DNA of 64,000 nt from an uncultured Candidatus Binatia bacterium (GTDB lineage Bacteria > Desulfobacterota > Binatia > UBA9968 > JAJDTQ01): assembly GCA_964291295.2 (NCBI GenBank), contig OZ219754.1, positions 1,984,001-2,048,000 of the forward strand, read 5' to 3'. The translations under genes were made by a program, and so were the position numbers. Positions 46,500-56,322 of this stretch are shown here, in pieces. Position 1 is the stretch's first letter. Every line of letters begins with the position of its first letter. Below the pieces are notes generated by a model. It made no database searches and was not told the DNA's origin. It saw nothing but the letters and a program-made list of their open reading frames with translations.

Positions 46500-48731
46500 T
46501 CAACACTCGATGCGAATGTCCCAGAGGTCCTCCTCGCCGCCCAGTTTCGGGCAGTAGAGGTCCACCTGGAGCAGAGTGGCGCAGCCGGGACAGATGTATT
46601 CGTGGTAACGTCCGAGATAGGCCTCGCCCGATGCGGGAATCGGGTCACGGATGGTGTCCAGTTCGACGACCCGTCTGAGACAACGCTTCTTGTAGTTCTC
46701 GCCCACGCCACCGAACAGAAAACCGCAGCGCGTGCAGCGGATCTGCCTGCCGGCGACTTCGAGTGTCTCATGGATGCGCGCCTCGGCATGCCCGTCCTCG
46801 GGCTCGGCGTCGGGCGCCGGCACCGGGGTGACCGGCACCCCCTCCTCGAGCCGTGCCGCGCGTATGGCGCGCCGCTGTTCCGCGGTGGCGCGCCCGTCCA
46901 CCTCGCCGTTGTCTCCGCGCAGCACCACGCCGTAGAATCGCCGCGCCGACGTTTCCGTGGATACGCCGACCCGAACGTCCCGGGCCACCGCCGCCGGGTC
47001 ACGGTCCAGCGGGTCGCCGTAGCCGCCGCCGCTCTGGACATAGTCGCTCAGGAGCGTGAACTCGGGCAGCGAGACGCGCCCCGGGGCGCCCTCCGGCAGC
47101 AGCACCTTGCCCCAGCCGCCGGCTTCGATTTCGTCCAGCCGGGCGGGGTAGTCGCCCGCTGCCAACCGTTCCCCGATATCGCCGCGGGTCAGGAAGATGG
47201 CCCGGACCCCGCCGGGTCCGGTGGGGTGCCCGCCAAAGAGGCCGTAGGCTCCCTGGGGTATCCAGCCATAGGGTTTGAAGTCGGTGGAAAAGTCCCGGGA
47301 GCCGTAGACCATGAAGATCCGACAGGTGCCGACGCCGCCACGGTACTTGCCGAACCCCGAGCCGTCGGTGTTGTGGTTGCGCGAGAAGTAGAGCAGCGGA
47401 TACTGCATCTCGGTGCGTTCGACGTCGCTGATGCCGCCGGAGGGAATGTTCATGTGGCCGCCGGAGTGGACCCCGTCGTGCAGCGGCGTGGCGCCGAGGC
47501 CGCTGCCGTGGATGTCGTAGATGCCCATGGCCGTACGCACCCCTTCGCGGTTGTGGCCGGCGGGTATGTAGCCGGGCCCCCCTTCGTACCAGGTGGCGTA
47601 CCACGTGGCCGGCACATCCTGGTGCCGCCCGGCGGCGAACAGCATCTTGCCGGCGGCTTCGCACACCGCCGCCACCAGGATGCCGCCCACTACCGGGGCG
47701 GCCGCACAGGCCGCCGGGAATCGGCAGTTCAGCACCGACCCCTCCGGTACCACGAGATCGATGGGAGCCCACTTGCCGTCGCTCCACGGCACGTCCCAGA
47801 AGAGCGTGTTGGTGATGGCGACGCCGATCAGCGCCCGGGTGCTGGGAAAGGTCGAGTTGACGTCGCTGTTGGTCTGGGGGCTCGTGCCGGTGGTATCCAG
47901 CGTCAAGCGGTCTCCCTTCTTCGTGAGCGTGCAGAGGATGCGGAGCGGCGCGGCCTTGCGGGTCCCGGTGTCCAGCGTCGTCAGGTAGGTGCGGCCGGTC
48001 CACTGGCCGTCGGGCAGGGATTTGAGCCTGGCCCGGGCCGCTGCCTCGGTGTCGGCGATGATGCGGGTGCCGGCCGCCTGAACGAACTCCAGGCCGAACT
48101 TGTCCACCAGGCCGAGGTAACGCCGGGCGCACACGTTGTTGCCGGCGATCATGGCCTTGAGGTCCAACCCCACGTACTGCGGATCCCGGCATTGCTCGGT
48201 GAGGGACTTGAACACGTCCTCGCGGAAGATGCCGCGCTCCACCACCTTGAGTCCCATGATGCGGATGCCCTCGTGGAAGATCTCGGTGGCTGCCCCCCGC
48301 AGGTTGCCGCCCGTGTCCGCGGTGTGGGTGCTGGTGGCCACCCAGCCGATGAGTTTCCGCTGGTGAAAGATCGGCTTGATGACCATCATGTCGTAGGTGT
48401 GCGCGCCGGCCACGTACGGGTCGTTGAAAAAGATCTGGTCGCCGTCGAAGAACCCCGGTGATGTTCCGAAGCAGTCGATGAGGTTCTTGATGGCGTCGGA
48501 GGTCGCATGCGCGAAACGCAAATGCCCGGAACAGGCCAGCACCATGGTGCCGCCGGCGTCGTAGAATGAGCTCATGCACTCCCCGCCCTGGGCGACGATG
48601 GGGGAGGCGGTGACCCGCTGCAGCGTCATCCGGCCCTCCTCGCCGATGGCCCAAAGACGGTGGAGGAACATCTCATAGCGGATGGGGTCGATATCGTGTG
48701 CGGTGTCCGGCGACGGGCTGTGCTGGCTCAT
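46500..48731 (-). CDS. Hydantoinase B/oxoprolinase (acetone carboxylase alpha-like) fused to gamma-subunit-like Zn domain
   Basis: NDPY..GAHTYD, HTADTGG, DGSGFGKYRGG, GGGYGDPLDRD; tail CTRCG...EYICPGCATLLQVD. Confidence 0.85.
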   Translation of the reverse strand: MSQHSPSPDTAHDIDPIRYEMFLHRLWAIGEEGRMTLQRVTASPIVAQGGECMSSFYDAGGTMVLACSGHLRFAHATSDAIKNLIDCFGTSPGFFDGDQIFFNDPYVAGAHTYDMMVIKPIFHQRKLIGWVATSTHTADTGGNLRGAATEIFHEGIRIMGLKVVERGIFREDVFKSLTEQCRDPQYVGLDLKAMIAGNNVCARRYLGLVDKFGLEFVQAAGTRIIADTEAAARARLKSLPDGQWTGRTYLTTLDTGTRKAAPLRILCTLTKKGDRLTLDTTGTSPQTNSDVNSTFPSTRALIGVAITNTLFWDVPWSDGKWAPIDLVVPEGSVLNCRFPAACAAAPVVGGILVAAVCEAAGKMLFAAGRHQDVPATWYATWYEGGPGYIPAGHNREGVRTAMGIYDIHGSGLGATPLHDGVHSGGHMNIPSGGISDVERTEMQYPLLYFSRNHNTDGSGFGKYRGGVGTCRIFMVYGSRDFSTDFKPYGWIPQGAYGLFGGHPTGPGGVRAIFLTRGDIGERLAAGDYPARLDEIEAGGWGKVLLPEGAPGRVSLPEFTLLSDYVQSGGGYGDPLDRDPAAVARDVRVGVSTETSARRFYGVVLRGDNGEVDGRATAEQRRAIRAARLEEGVPVTPVPAPDAEPEDGHAEARIHETLEVAGRQIRCTRCGFLFGGVGENYKKRCLRRVVELDTIRDPIPASGEAYLGRYHEYICPGCATLLQVDLYCPKLGGEEDLWDIRIEC

Positions 48732-48867
48732 GGCTCACTCGACCTTTCGTGTGTTCGGTTGAAGAACCCGGGTGTCCGGTTCCGGGAACAGGCCTGCGTG
48801 ACCCTAGCAACTTTGCCCGGCCGGGTCCACATTGACTCGTGGCCGGCGTTGTGTGACGTTCGAGGCC

Positions 48868-49104
48868 ATGTTGTCGTGGGCGGCATGGTTGCTGTTGGCT
48901 TGGGGCGTGGTGGCGGCGGGGTACGGCGTCTACGCGGCGACGGCCGCGGTGGCGAGTCAGGACGGCTTCCACGCCACGCAGGCGGGGGTCGCGTTGTTGA
49001 TCGCCACGGTGTCCGTCAGCGCGGGCCTTCTCGTCCTGGTGCTGGGTCGGCTCGCGTGGGTTCTCCATTCCCGCAACGTCGAGACGAAGCAGGCGGGGGA
49101 CTGA
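48868..49104 (+). CDS. Small 2-TM hypothetical membrane protein
   Basis: Two hydrophobic helices, GC3 bias; start uncertain. Confidence 0.5.
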   Translation: MLSWAAWLLLAWGVVAAGYGVYAATAAVASQDGFHATQAGVALLIATVSVSAGLLVLVLGRLAWVLHSRNVETKQAGD

Positions 49105-49349
49105 GAAAGCGGGCGGCTGCCGGGCGGGCGGACGCGTGTGACCCTGCCCGCGAACCTCGCACCGCCGGGCGGCGGGGTGGCCGATCACGTCGGAGTTCGT
49201 GTCCAGGGCGGGTCGATCCCGGCCATTCATGGCAGGGCGCGGCGGCCGACGTCCATCCGTCGAAACAGCCGGAGGCCGCGACACCGTGGGAGCCGCGGCG
49301 GGGCTTTCTCCCAGGTGCGGACGGCCGGCAATTTGGGAAGGCCGGCAAA

Positions 49350-49378
49350 TTGATTCGGCGTTTCCGGCATTGTAGATT
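49350..49378 (+). promoter_or_regulatory. Putative sigma70-type promoter of htpX
   Basis: TTGATT-N17-TAGATT about 40 bp upstream of the ATG. Confidence 0.55.
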
Positions 49379-49419
49379 CAATAGAGGGGCTGCTACTCGC
49401 GACAGGAAGGAACAGGTTC

Positions 49420-50322
49420 ATGAAACGCGTACTGTTGCTGCTGATAACCAATATTGCGATCCTTGTCGTATTGAGCGTCGTGGTAAGCCTGCTGGGGCTC
49501 GACCGGGCGCTCTACCAGAGCGGGCTCAACCTTGGGGCGTTGCTCGGATTCTCGTTCATCTTCGGCATGGGCGGGGCCTTCATCTCGCTGGCCATCTCCA
49601 AGTGGATGGCCAGGATGGCGGTCGGGGCCACGGTCATCGAACAGCCCCGGAACAGTACCGAGAGCTGGCTTGTCAATACGGTGCAGAACCATGCCCGCGC
49701 CGCGGGCATCGCCATGCCCGAGGTGGCGATCTACGATTCCCCCGAGCCCAACGCCTTCGCCACCGGACCGAGCCGCAACAACTCCCTGGTGGCGGTGAGC
49801 ACGGGCCTCTTGCGGGCCATGGACGCGGACCAGGCCTCGGCGGTGCTGGGCCACGAGGTCAGCCACGTGGCCAACGGCGACATGGTCACGCTGACTCTGA
49901 TCCAGGGCGTTCTCAACACCTTCGTGATCTTCCTCTCACGCGTGATCGGGTATGTCGTGGACCGTGCCCTTCACCGGGACAGCGAGGGCGGCTACGGCAT
50001 GGGCTATTTCATCACCGTCATCGTCGCCCAGATCCTCCTGGGCATCCTGGCAAGCATGGTGGTCTACTGGTTCTCGCGCCGCCGCGAGTACCGGGCTGAC
50101 GCCGGCGGCGCGCAACTGGCGGGAACGGCCAACATGATCGGCGCGCTCCAGGCGCTGCAGCGGAGCGCGGAGCCCGAGCACATGCCGGAACAGGTTTCAG
50201 CCCTGGGGATCTCGGGCGTGCGCAAGGGTGGTGTCCGGATGCTCTTCGCCACCCATCCTCCCATCGAGGACCGGATCGCCGCGCTGCGGGAGGGACGCCA
50301 CCTCCAGGGCGCGGGTTCCTGA
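49420..50322 (+). CDS. htpX: Membrane zinc metalloprotease HtpX
   Basis: [34 protein letters not shown]. Confidence 0.96.
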   Translation: MKRVLLLLITNIAILVVLSVVVSLLGLDRALYQSGLNLGALLGFSFIFGMGGAFISLAISKWMARMAVGATVIEQPRNSTESWLVNTVQNHARAAGIAMPEVAIYDSPEPNAFATGPSRNNSLVAVSTGLLRAMDADQASAVLGHEVSHVANGDMVTLTLIQGVLNTFVIFLSRVIGYVVDRALHRDSEGGYGMGYFITVIVAQILLGILASMVVYWFSRRREYRADAGGAQLAGTANMIGALQALQRSAEPEHMPEQVSALGISGVRKGGVRMLFATHPPIEDRIAALREGRHLQGAGS

Positions 50323-50346
50323 TCCTTCGCTTGGCGCCTGGGCGGA

Positions 50347-50917
50347 ATCCCGATACACCCCCCCCTGAGGCGTGGCGCACAGGGGGCAGGGGATGGCGAT
50401 ATTCTCGGTCGGCTTCGGACATCGGTTCATACTGCGGGCGGCGTCCCGCTACATCACGCGGGAACGGGTGGAGCTGGCCGAACCGGGCGCAATGAATCCC
50501 GACGGGAAGCTGCGCAAGGTCTGCGAGATCCATCTCGCCGTCTCGGAAGAACCGGAGCAGGCGCTGGCCGAGGCCAGAAAGCACGCCGCTCATCACATGG
50601 TGAGTCTCCAGGCCTTGGGGTACAGCCCCGGGGAATTCGAACGCACCGGCATCAACCCGGAGCGGGTCGGCCGCATCCGGGAGGCGCTTCACTCGGACAT
50701 GACCATCGAGCAGGCCTCTCGGGAACGGGTGACCGACTCCATGCCGTGCGCCAGTTTCGTCGTCGGCCGGGCACCGGATTGCGTGGAGCCGATCCTGGAA
50801 CTGGCGGCCGAGGCCGAGCGGCCCGGGTTCGCACAGATCACTTTCGCCAGCCCCGGCAGGAACCACGCTGCCGTGATCCGGTTCCTGAGCCAGGAGCGCG
50901 TGCCCGGGCCGTGGTGA
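50347..50917 (+). pseudogene. C-terminal remnant of an LLM (Mer-like) oxidoreductase
   Basis: AVSEEPEQALAEAR, VVG..DC and G..QI resemble the LLM C-terminal half. An upstream IPIH lies in another frame before a C8 run; the N-terminal half is absent. Confidence 0.5.
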
Positions 50918-50926
50918 GCGGTCTGC

Positions 50927-52225
50927 GTGAGATCACCGGACCACAGCCCCTTGGAGCGTTCCCTCACCGACCCGGCCCGTGCTCGCAGGGCACGGCTCAA
51001 CCGGATGTATCCATGGCTGGTGCTGGGCATTTCGTTCATGACCGTCGCCGCGGCCTTCGGATGCCGCAGCGCGTTCGCGCTCTTTCTCGTGGCGGTCATC
51101 GAGGAGTTTCAGTGGAGCCGCGGGCTGGCCGCGGGAGCGCTCAGCGCAGGCTCGGTGGCCTGGACCCTGTCCGCGCCGGTATGGGGACAGATGCTGGACC
51201 GCCTCGGCCCCAGGGTAGTGTTCCCGGCGGGCGCCAGCCTCATGGCCGCGGGTTTCGTCGTCAGTGCCATGACGGAGAACATGTGGCACTACTACCTGGG
51301 CATGGGACTGCTGGTGGGTTTGGGCTTCGCCGCGCTGCCCATGACCGCCCAGGCCACGGTCGTCAGCAACTGGTTCGTGCGCAAGCGCGGCATGGCCATG
51401 GGAATCGCCGCGGCGGGCATCGGTGCCGGCATCTTCGTGGTGGTGCCGGTTACCGAGGAACTCATTGTCGCCCTGGGCTGGCGCAACGCGTATCTGATAC
51501 TGGCGGGCGTGATGCTGGCGGCGGTGGTGCCGCTGAATCTGTGCCTTCAGCGGAGGCGGCCGCAGGACATGGGTCTGCTGCCGGATTTCGGCGACGCGCG
51601 AGGCGGCGGGGCGCGCCACGCGAGGCGCGGTGGAGACACGCTTCGGGAGGCGCTTCGCAGCTTCCGTTTCTGGGCGCTGGCCATGGGTTTCGTTTCGGGC
51701 GCGGTCCCTGTCCACATGATCCTGGTGCACCAGGTGGCGGCGATGGTGGACGCAGGCTATACACGGGAGTTCGGGTCCTGGATACTGAGCCTCACCGGCT
51801 TCTTCACCATCTTCGCCATGATCGGCATGGGCACGGTTTCGGACCGCATCGGCCGGGAGTGGGCCTACCATGTCGGCAGCGCGTCCCTGATAGCCGGCAT
51901 ACTTGTCATCCTCTACATCGACGCGATGCCGAGGCTCCTGCTGCTCTTTCTCTACCCGCCGGTGTTCGCCGCCGGTTTCGGGTCGCGCCAGTCGCTCTAT
52001 CCGACCATTGTCGCCGATATCTTTCATGGTGCCCATTTCGGTGCCATCATCGGCGTGCTGGCGGTCTGCATCGGCTTGGGGGCGGGTATCGGCCCCTGGC
52101 TGGCAGGGCATCTCCACGACCTGTCGGGCAGCTATGCCAGTTCGTGCTGGACGGCCATCGTCCTGTGTGTGCTGTCGATGGGATGCATTCGGGCTTCGGC
52201 GCCAGGGAAGGGACCGAATGCATGA
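50927..52225 (+). CDS. MFS transporter (OFA/MCT-like)
   Basis: GQMLDRLGPR, NWFVRKRGMAMG, GWR, SDRIGR; 12 TM segments. Confidence 0.9.
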   Translation: MRSPDHSPLERSLTDPARARRARLNRMYPWLVLGISFMTVAAAFGCRSAFALFLVAVIEEFQWSRGLAAGALSAGSVAWTLSAPVWGQMLDRLGPRVVFPAGASLMAAGFVVSAMTENMWHYYLGMGLLVGLGFAALPMTAQATVVSNWFVRKRGMAMGIAAAGIGAGIFVVVPVTEELIVALGWRNAYLILAGVMLAAVVPLNLCLQRRRPQDMGLLPDFGDARGGGARHARRGGDTLREALRSFRFWALAMGFVSGAVPVHMILVHQVAAMVDAGYTREFGSWILSLTGFFTIFAMIGMGTVSDRIGREWAYHVGSASLIAGILVILYIDAMPRLLLLFLYPPVFAAGFGSRQSLYPTIVADIFHGAHFGAIIGVLAVCIGLGAGIGPWLAGHLHDLSGSYASSCWTAIVLCVLSMGCIRASAPGKGPNA

Positions 52226-52280
52226 CGTCGTGTCCCGGGAACGGGCCTGGACGGACGGGGATCGACACGAGGGGGACGCC

Positions 52281-53276
52281 ATGCCGAAGACACGGATCAT
52301 CGACGCGCATCATCACTGGATGCCCGAGGAACACTATCGGAACCCGGATCCGCTGATCCGGGCCGGCGAGACCGTGGTGCGGCGGCCCGACCGGTTCGCC
52401 ATCCGCCGGGAAGGGGTGCAGCTTTTCGGACCACCCGTCATGACCGCGGACATGGCCGCGCAGATCGGCGAGATGGACCGGGCGGGCGTTCAGCAGGCGG
52501 TGCTCCACGTGGGCTGCTGGTTGGACTGGATCGACGTCCCGGCGGCGCGCTTCATCAACGACGAGATGGCCCGGGTCACCGAGCGGTTTGCCGGTCGCAT
52601 CATCCCGCTGGCCCATGTACCGGCGCTGGAGGCCGGCGGCCGGCGGGAACTGAAGCGCGCGGTGCTGAAGCTGGGCTTCCGGGGCGTGGGCATCAACACG
52701 CACATCCACGGCGCGCTGCTGGATGACCGGCGCTACCACCCGTTCTACCGGCTGGTGTCCGACCTCGACATCCCGATCTTCGTGCATCCCTCCGCGGAAC
52801 TTCCGCTGGCCCACCCCCACGGCATGGAGTCGTTCAATCTCACTCGGAACCTCGGCCGCGCCATGGACAATACCATCAACATCGTGCGGCTCATGCTGAG
52901 CGGCACGATGGACAAGTTCCCCCGGCTCCGTTTCGTCTTCACTCATCTGGGCGGCGCCTGGTTCGCACTGCGGAACCGCCTGAATCCGTCCTTCTGGGAC
53001 AAGCGCGCACAGGGCTACTTCGACCGCTTCCGGGACCGCATCTTCATCGACACCGCGCCGCCCTTCTGGTGTCCGGCGGAGATTCGCTTCGCCATGGACA
53101 TGGTGGGTGAGGAGCAGGTGCTCATGGGCAGCGACTTCCCCACCATCGATCGCCTCGGCGACGCGGTCGCCCTCGTGAAGACGGTCCGAGCCAGCCCCGC
53201 CGCCAAACGCAAGCTGCTGGGCGAGAACGTCGCGCGGCTGTTTCCCGGCGAAGGAAGGACGGGGCCGGGTCAATGA
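52281..53276 (+). CDS. Amidohydrolase 2 (ACMSD/6-methylsalicylate decarboxylase-like)
   Basis: IDAHHH, FVHP, THLGG, IDT, GSDFP. Confidence 0.9.
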   Translation: MPKTRIIDAHHHWMPEEHYRNPDPLIRAGETVVRRPDRFAIRREGVQLFGPPVMTADMAAQIGEMDRAGVQQAVLHVGCWLDWIDVPAARFINDEMARVTERFAGRIIPLAHVPALEAGGRRELKRAVLKLGFRGVGINTHIHGALLDDRRYHPFYRLVSDLDIPIFVHPSAELPLAHPHGMESFNLTRNLGRAMDNTINIVRLMLSGTMDKFPRLRFVFTHLGGAWFALRNRLNPSFWDKRAQGYFDRFRDRIFIDTAPPFWCPAEIRFAMDMVGEEQVLMGSDFPTIDRLGDAVALVKTVRASPAAKRKLLGENVARLFPGEGRTGPGQ

Positions 53277-54037
53277 AAGTCCTGATGTGCCCGCCCCTCC
53301 ACTACCAGCCCGCCCAGGGTGAGGACGCGCCAGCCATCATGGCCCAGTGGCGCGGCCTTTACCGGCTCCTGCGGGACGAGTTGGACGTGCACGTGGACCT
53401 GCTGGAGCCGAGACCCGGCATGTCCAGGCTGGTGCTGGCGGCCAGTGGAGGCCTGGTGTGGGAGGACGCTTTCATCGGGAGCCGTTTTCGGGACGCATCA
53501 AGACAGCGGGAACGGGAAGCGTGGGATGGTTTCTTTCTCGTTCGGGGTTACGTCATGCCGCCGCTGCCCGAAGGCTGCCGCTTCGAAGGTGAACGGGATC
53601 TGGTGGTTGCGGACGGAACGCTGTTCGCCGGGTATCGCTCCCAGGCCGATCTGGCGGCCCACCAGGCCGTATCCGGGATCCTCGGGCGGGAGATTCACTC
53701 GCTCCGCCTGTCCGACCGCTCGGACGGGCACCTGGATGGATGCCTGTGGCCGCTGGGGAACGGCATGGCGTTGTACCATCCCGAAGCCTTCCACCCGGAC
53801 GCGCGTGGAACTCTCGATGCCCGTCTTCCCGGGCTCCGGCGGGCGGATACCGGCGACGCCCGGCGTCTTGGCTGCAACGGCATGGTTGTGGGCAGCCACG
53901 TCATCCTGCCGCAGGGATGCGACGCCACCGCGGTCGGGCTGGAGCAGGAAGGCTTCCGGGTCCATACCCTGCCGTTGCAGTCCTACGCCCGCCATGGCGC
54001 CGGACCCAAGGCGCTGGTGTTGAGGATCGAGGGCTGA
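53273..54037 (+). CDS. Pentein (DDAH/amidinotransferase) family protein, degenerate active site
   Basis: LMCPP, AQW, FEGERD, GYRS, HLDGC, GCN; C-terminal GAGPKAL lacks Cys. Confidence 0.75.
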   Translation: MKVLMCPPLHYQPAQGEDAPAIMAQWRGLYRLLRDELDVHVDLLEPRPGMSRLVLAASGGLVWEDAFIGSRFRDASRQREREAWDGFFLVRGYVMPPLPEGCRFEGERDLVVADGTLFAGYRSQADLAAHQAVSGILGREIHSLRLSDRSDGHLDGCLWPLGNGMALYHPEAFHPDARGTLDARLPGLRRADTGDARRLGCNGMVVGSHVILPQGCDATAVGLEQEGFRVHTLPLQSYARHGAGPKALVLRIEG

Positions 54038-56322
54038 TCCCGCAGCGCCCGCCACATCCGCTCGGGCGTGAGGGGCAGTTCGCGCACGCGCACGCCGACC
54101 GCGTCTTCGATGGCGTTGCCGATGGCAGGGGCCACGGGCATGAGGCCACCCTCGCCCAGGCCCTTGGAGCCGTAGGGGCCCGGGCCGTTGGCATCTTCCA
54201 CCATGAGGGTCTGGAAGGACGCCGGGATGTCGTGGAACGAGGGGAGGCGGTAGTCGATGAGGTTGGGGTTGAGAAGGTGGCCATTGTCGTACCGCATCTC
54301 CTCCATGAGGGTGTGGCCGATGGCGAACATCACCGCCCCTTCGTCCTGGCCCTCGCACAGGAGCGGGTGAATCGCCTTGCCCACGTCGGCGGTGGAGACG
54401 TATTTCAGGAGCTTGACGACGCCGGTGTCCCGATCCACCTCGACTTCGGCGCCGCCCCAACTCGTCTCCCAGAAGGTCGTGGGTGAACCCAGCACGGCCT
54501 TCTTGCTGTGGACGTCCTGGTAGGTGCCTTTGGCCAGCAGTTCACCGCCCTTGGCTCCGAAGGTCTGGTTGAGCACCTGCGCGTAGCTCAGGCGGTTGCC
54601 CTTGCCGGCGCGGACCTGACCGCCCTTGAACGTGATGCGGTCGGCCTTGCACTTGAACAGCCGGGCCGCGGCCCGGCGCAACTGCCGTTTCAATTCCGCC
54701 GCGGCCCGTTCCACGCACAGGCCCATGATGACCATCGAACTGCTGGCATTGGTGGCCGCGTCGTAGGGGGTGGAGTCGGTGTCGAGCTGGGCCACCGTGA
54801 CCGCTTCGCAGGGCAGGCACAACTCCTCGGCCACCACCTGGGCCAGGGCCGTCCGGCACCCCTGTCCGATCTCCACCGATCCGGTGAACAGCACCGCGCT
54901 GCCGTCCGAGCTCATCTTGATGGCGGCCGACGCCACCTTGTAGGTGCCGCCGCCGTCCTTCATGCAGCAGCTCAGGCCCATGCCGCGGTTCTGGCCCGGG
55001 CTTCTCCTGCCCCATCCCAAAGCCTTGGCGGTGCGCCGGAGCCCGGCCTCGAGGTCGCAGTCCACCACGGTGTCGCCCCTGGTGTAGACGTCGCCCTTCT
55101 TCAGCAGGTTCCGGGCCCGGAACTCCACCGGATCGATGCCGAGTCGGCGCGCGATCATGTCCATCTGGGACTCGTAGGCCCAAGTGACCTGAAGGGTGCC
55201 GAAGCCGCGGAACGCTCCCGCGGGCACGGCATTGGTGTAGACCGTGTAGGCGCGGACCTTGACGTTGGGGATGCGGTACGGCCCGGGCGCCCGGTAACCG
55301 GCCTTCTGGGACACCCGCGGCCCGTAGTCGGCGTAGGCGCCGGTGCCCATGTGAACCTCGCACTCGCGCGCCACCAGCCGTCCGTCGCGGGTGACGCCGG
55401 TCTTGATGCGGAACCGCGCCGGGTGCCGGGTGATGGTACGGAAGGTCTCCTCCGACGTGTGGGTGATCTTCACCGGCCTGCCGGTCTTCCATGCCAGGGC
55501 CGCCACCAGCGGCTCGTTCTTTACCGAGAGCTTGCCGCCGTAGGCGCCGCCCACATGGGGCACGATGACCCGCACCCGGTTGATGGCGATGGAGAAGAAC
55601 TCGGCGATGTGTCGCTGGAGCGTGAACGGATCCTGTGTGGAGGCCCACAGGGTGACGTGGCCGTCCTCCACCTGGGCGATGGTGATGTGGGGCTCCAGCG
55701 GGAAGTGCTGGATCTGCGGGAAGGTGAAGGTGTCCTCGAAGACCGCGTCGGCCCGGGCGAACCCCTTGTCCACATCGCCCCGGGCGTAGTCGTAGGCGTA
55801 GCAGATGTTGGTGCCGCGAAACTCCTCGGGCACGCGGTAGGCGTGACCGTGGAGTTCGTCCGCGTCCGCCGCCACCTCATGCACCAGCGGTGCGCCGGGC
55901 GCAATGGCGTCCGCGATGTCCGTGACCGCGGGCAACTCCTGATACTCCACGTCCACGAGCGCCAGCGCTTCCATGGCGGACGCCTCGTCATCGGCCACCA
56001 CCGCGGCCACCGGGTCACCGTCGTAGCGGACCTTGTCCAGCGCCACGATGGTCTGGTCCTTGTAGGCCGAGCCGTAGTACGGATTCATGCCGTCCAGGGT
56101 CTCGCGGGTGAGCACGGTCACCACTCCCGGCAGCGACGCGGCCCGGGCGGCGTCGATGCGCCGCAGCCGCGCGTGCGGAAAAGGGCTCCGCAGGACTTTT
56201 GCGTGGAGCATGCCCGGGACTTCCATGTCCATGGCGTAGACGGCGCTGCCGGTGGCCTTGACGACGCCGTCCACCCGCTGTGGCGACGTGCCGATGACCT
56301 GGTGTCTTGCGGCCTTGCTCAT
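53983..56322 (-). CDS. Xanthine dehydrogenase-family molybdopterin-binding subunit (orphan 2)
   Basis: Start MSKAARHQVIG at 56322. Motifs RSPFPHA, GGAYGGK, GAFRGFG, EIGQG, SKGLGE. Confidence 0.92.
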   Translation of the reverse strand: MSKAARHQVIGTSPQRVDGVVKATGSAVYAMDMEVPGMLHAKVLRSPFPHARLRRIDAARAASLPGVVTVLTRETLDGMNPYYGSAYKDQTIVALDKVRYDGDPVAAVVADDEASAMEALALVDVEYQELPAVTDIADAIAPGAPLVHEVAADADELHGHAYRVPEEFRGTNICYAYDYARGDVDKGFARADAVFEDTFTFPQIQHFPLEPHITIAQVEDGHVTLWASTQDPFTLQRHIAEFFSIAINRVRVIVPHVGGAYGGKLSVKNEPLVAALAWKTGRPVKITHTSEETFRTITRHPARFRIKTGVTRDGRLVARECEVHMGTGAYADYGPRVSQKAGYRAPGPYRIPNVKVRAYTVYTNAVPAGAFRGFGTLQVTWAYESQMDMIARRLGIDPVEFRARNLLKKGDVYTRGDTVVDCDLEAGLRRTAKALGWGRRSPGQNRGMGLSCCMKDGGGTYKVASAAIKMSSDGSAVLFTGSVEIGQGCRTALAQVVAEELCLPCEAVTVAQLDTDSTPYDAATNASSSMVIMGLCVERAAAELKRQLRRAAARLFKCKADRITFKGGQVRAGKGNRLSYAQVLNQTFGAKGGELLAKGTYQDVHSKKAVLGSPTTFWETSWGGAEVEVDRDTGVVKLLKYVSTADVGKAIHPLLCEGQDEGAVMFAIGHTLMEEMRYDNGHLLNPNLIDYRLPSFHDIPASFQTLMVEDANGPGPYGSKGLGEGGLMPVAPAIGNAIEDAVGVRVRELPLTPERMWRALRDQPSILNTSALGPAPWRA

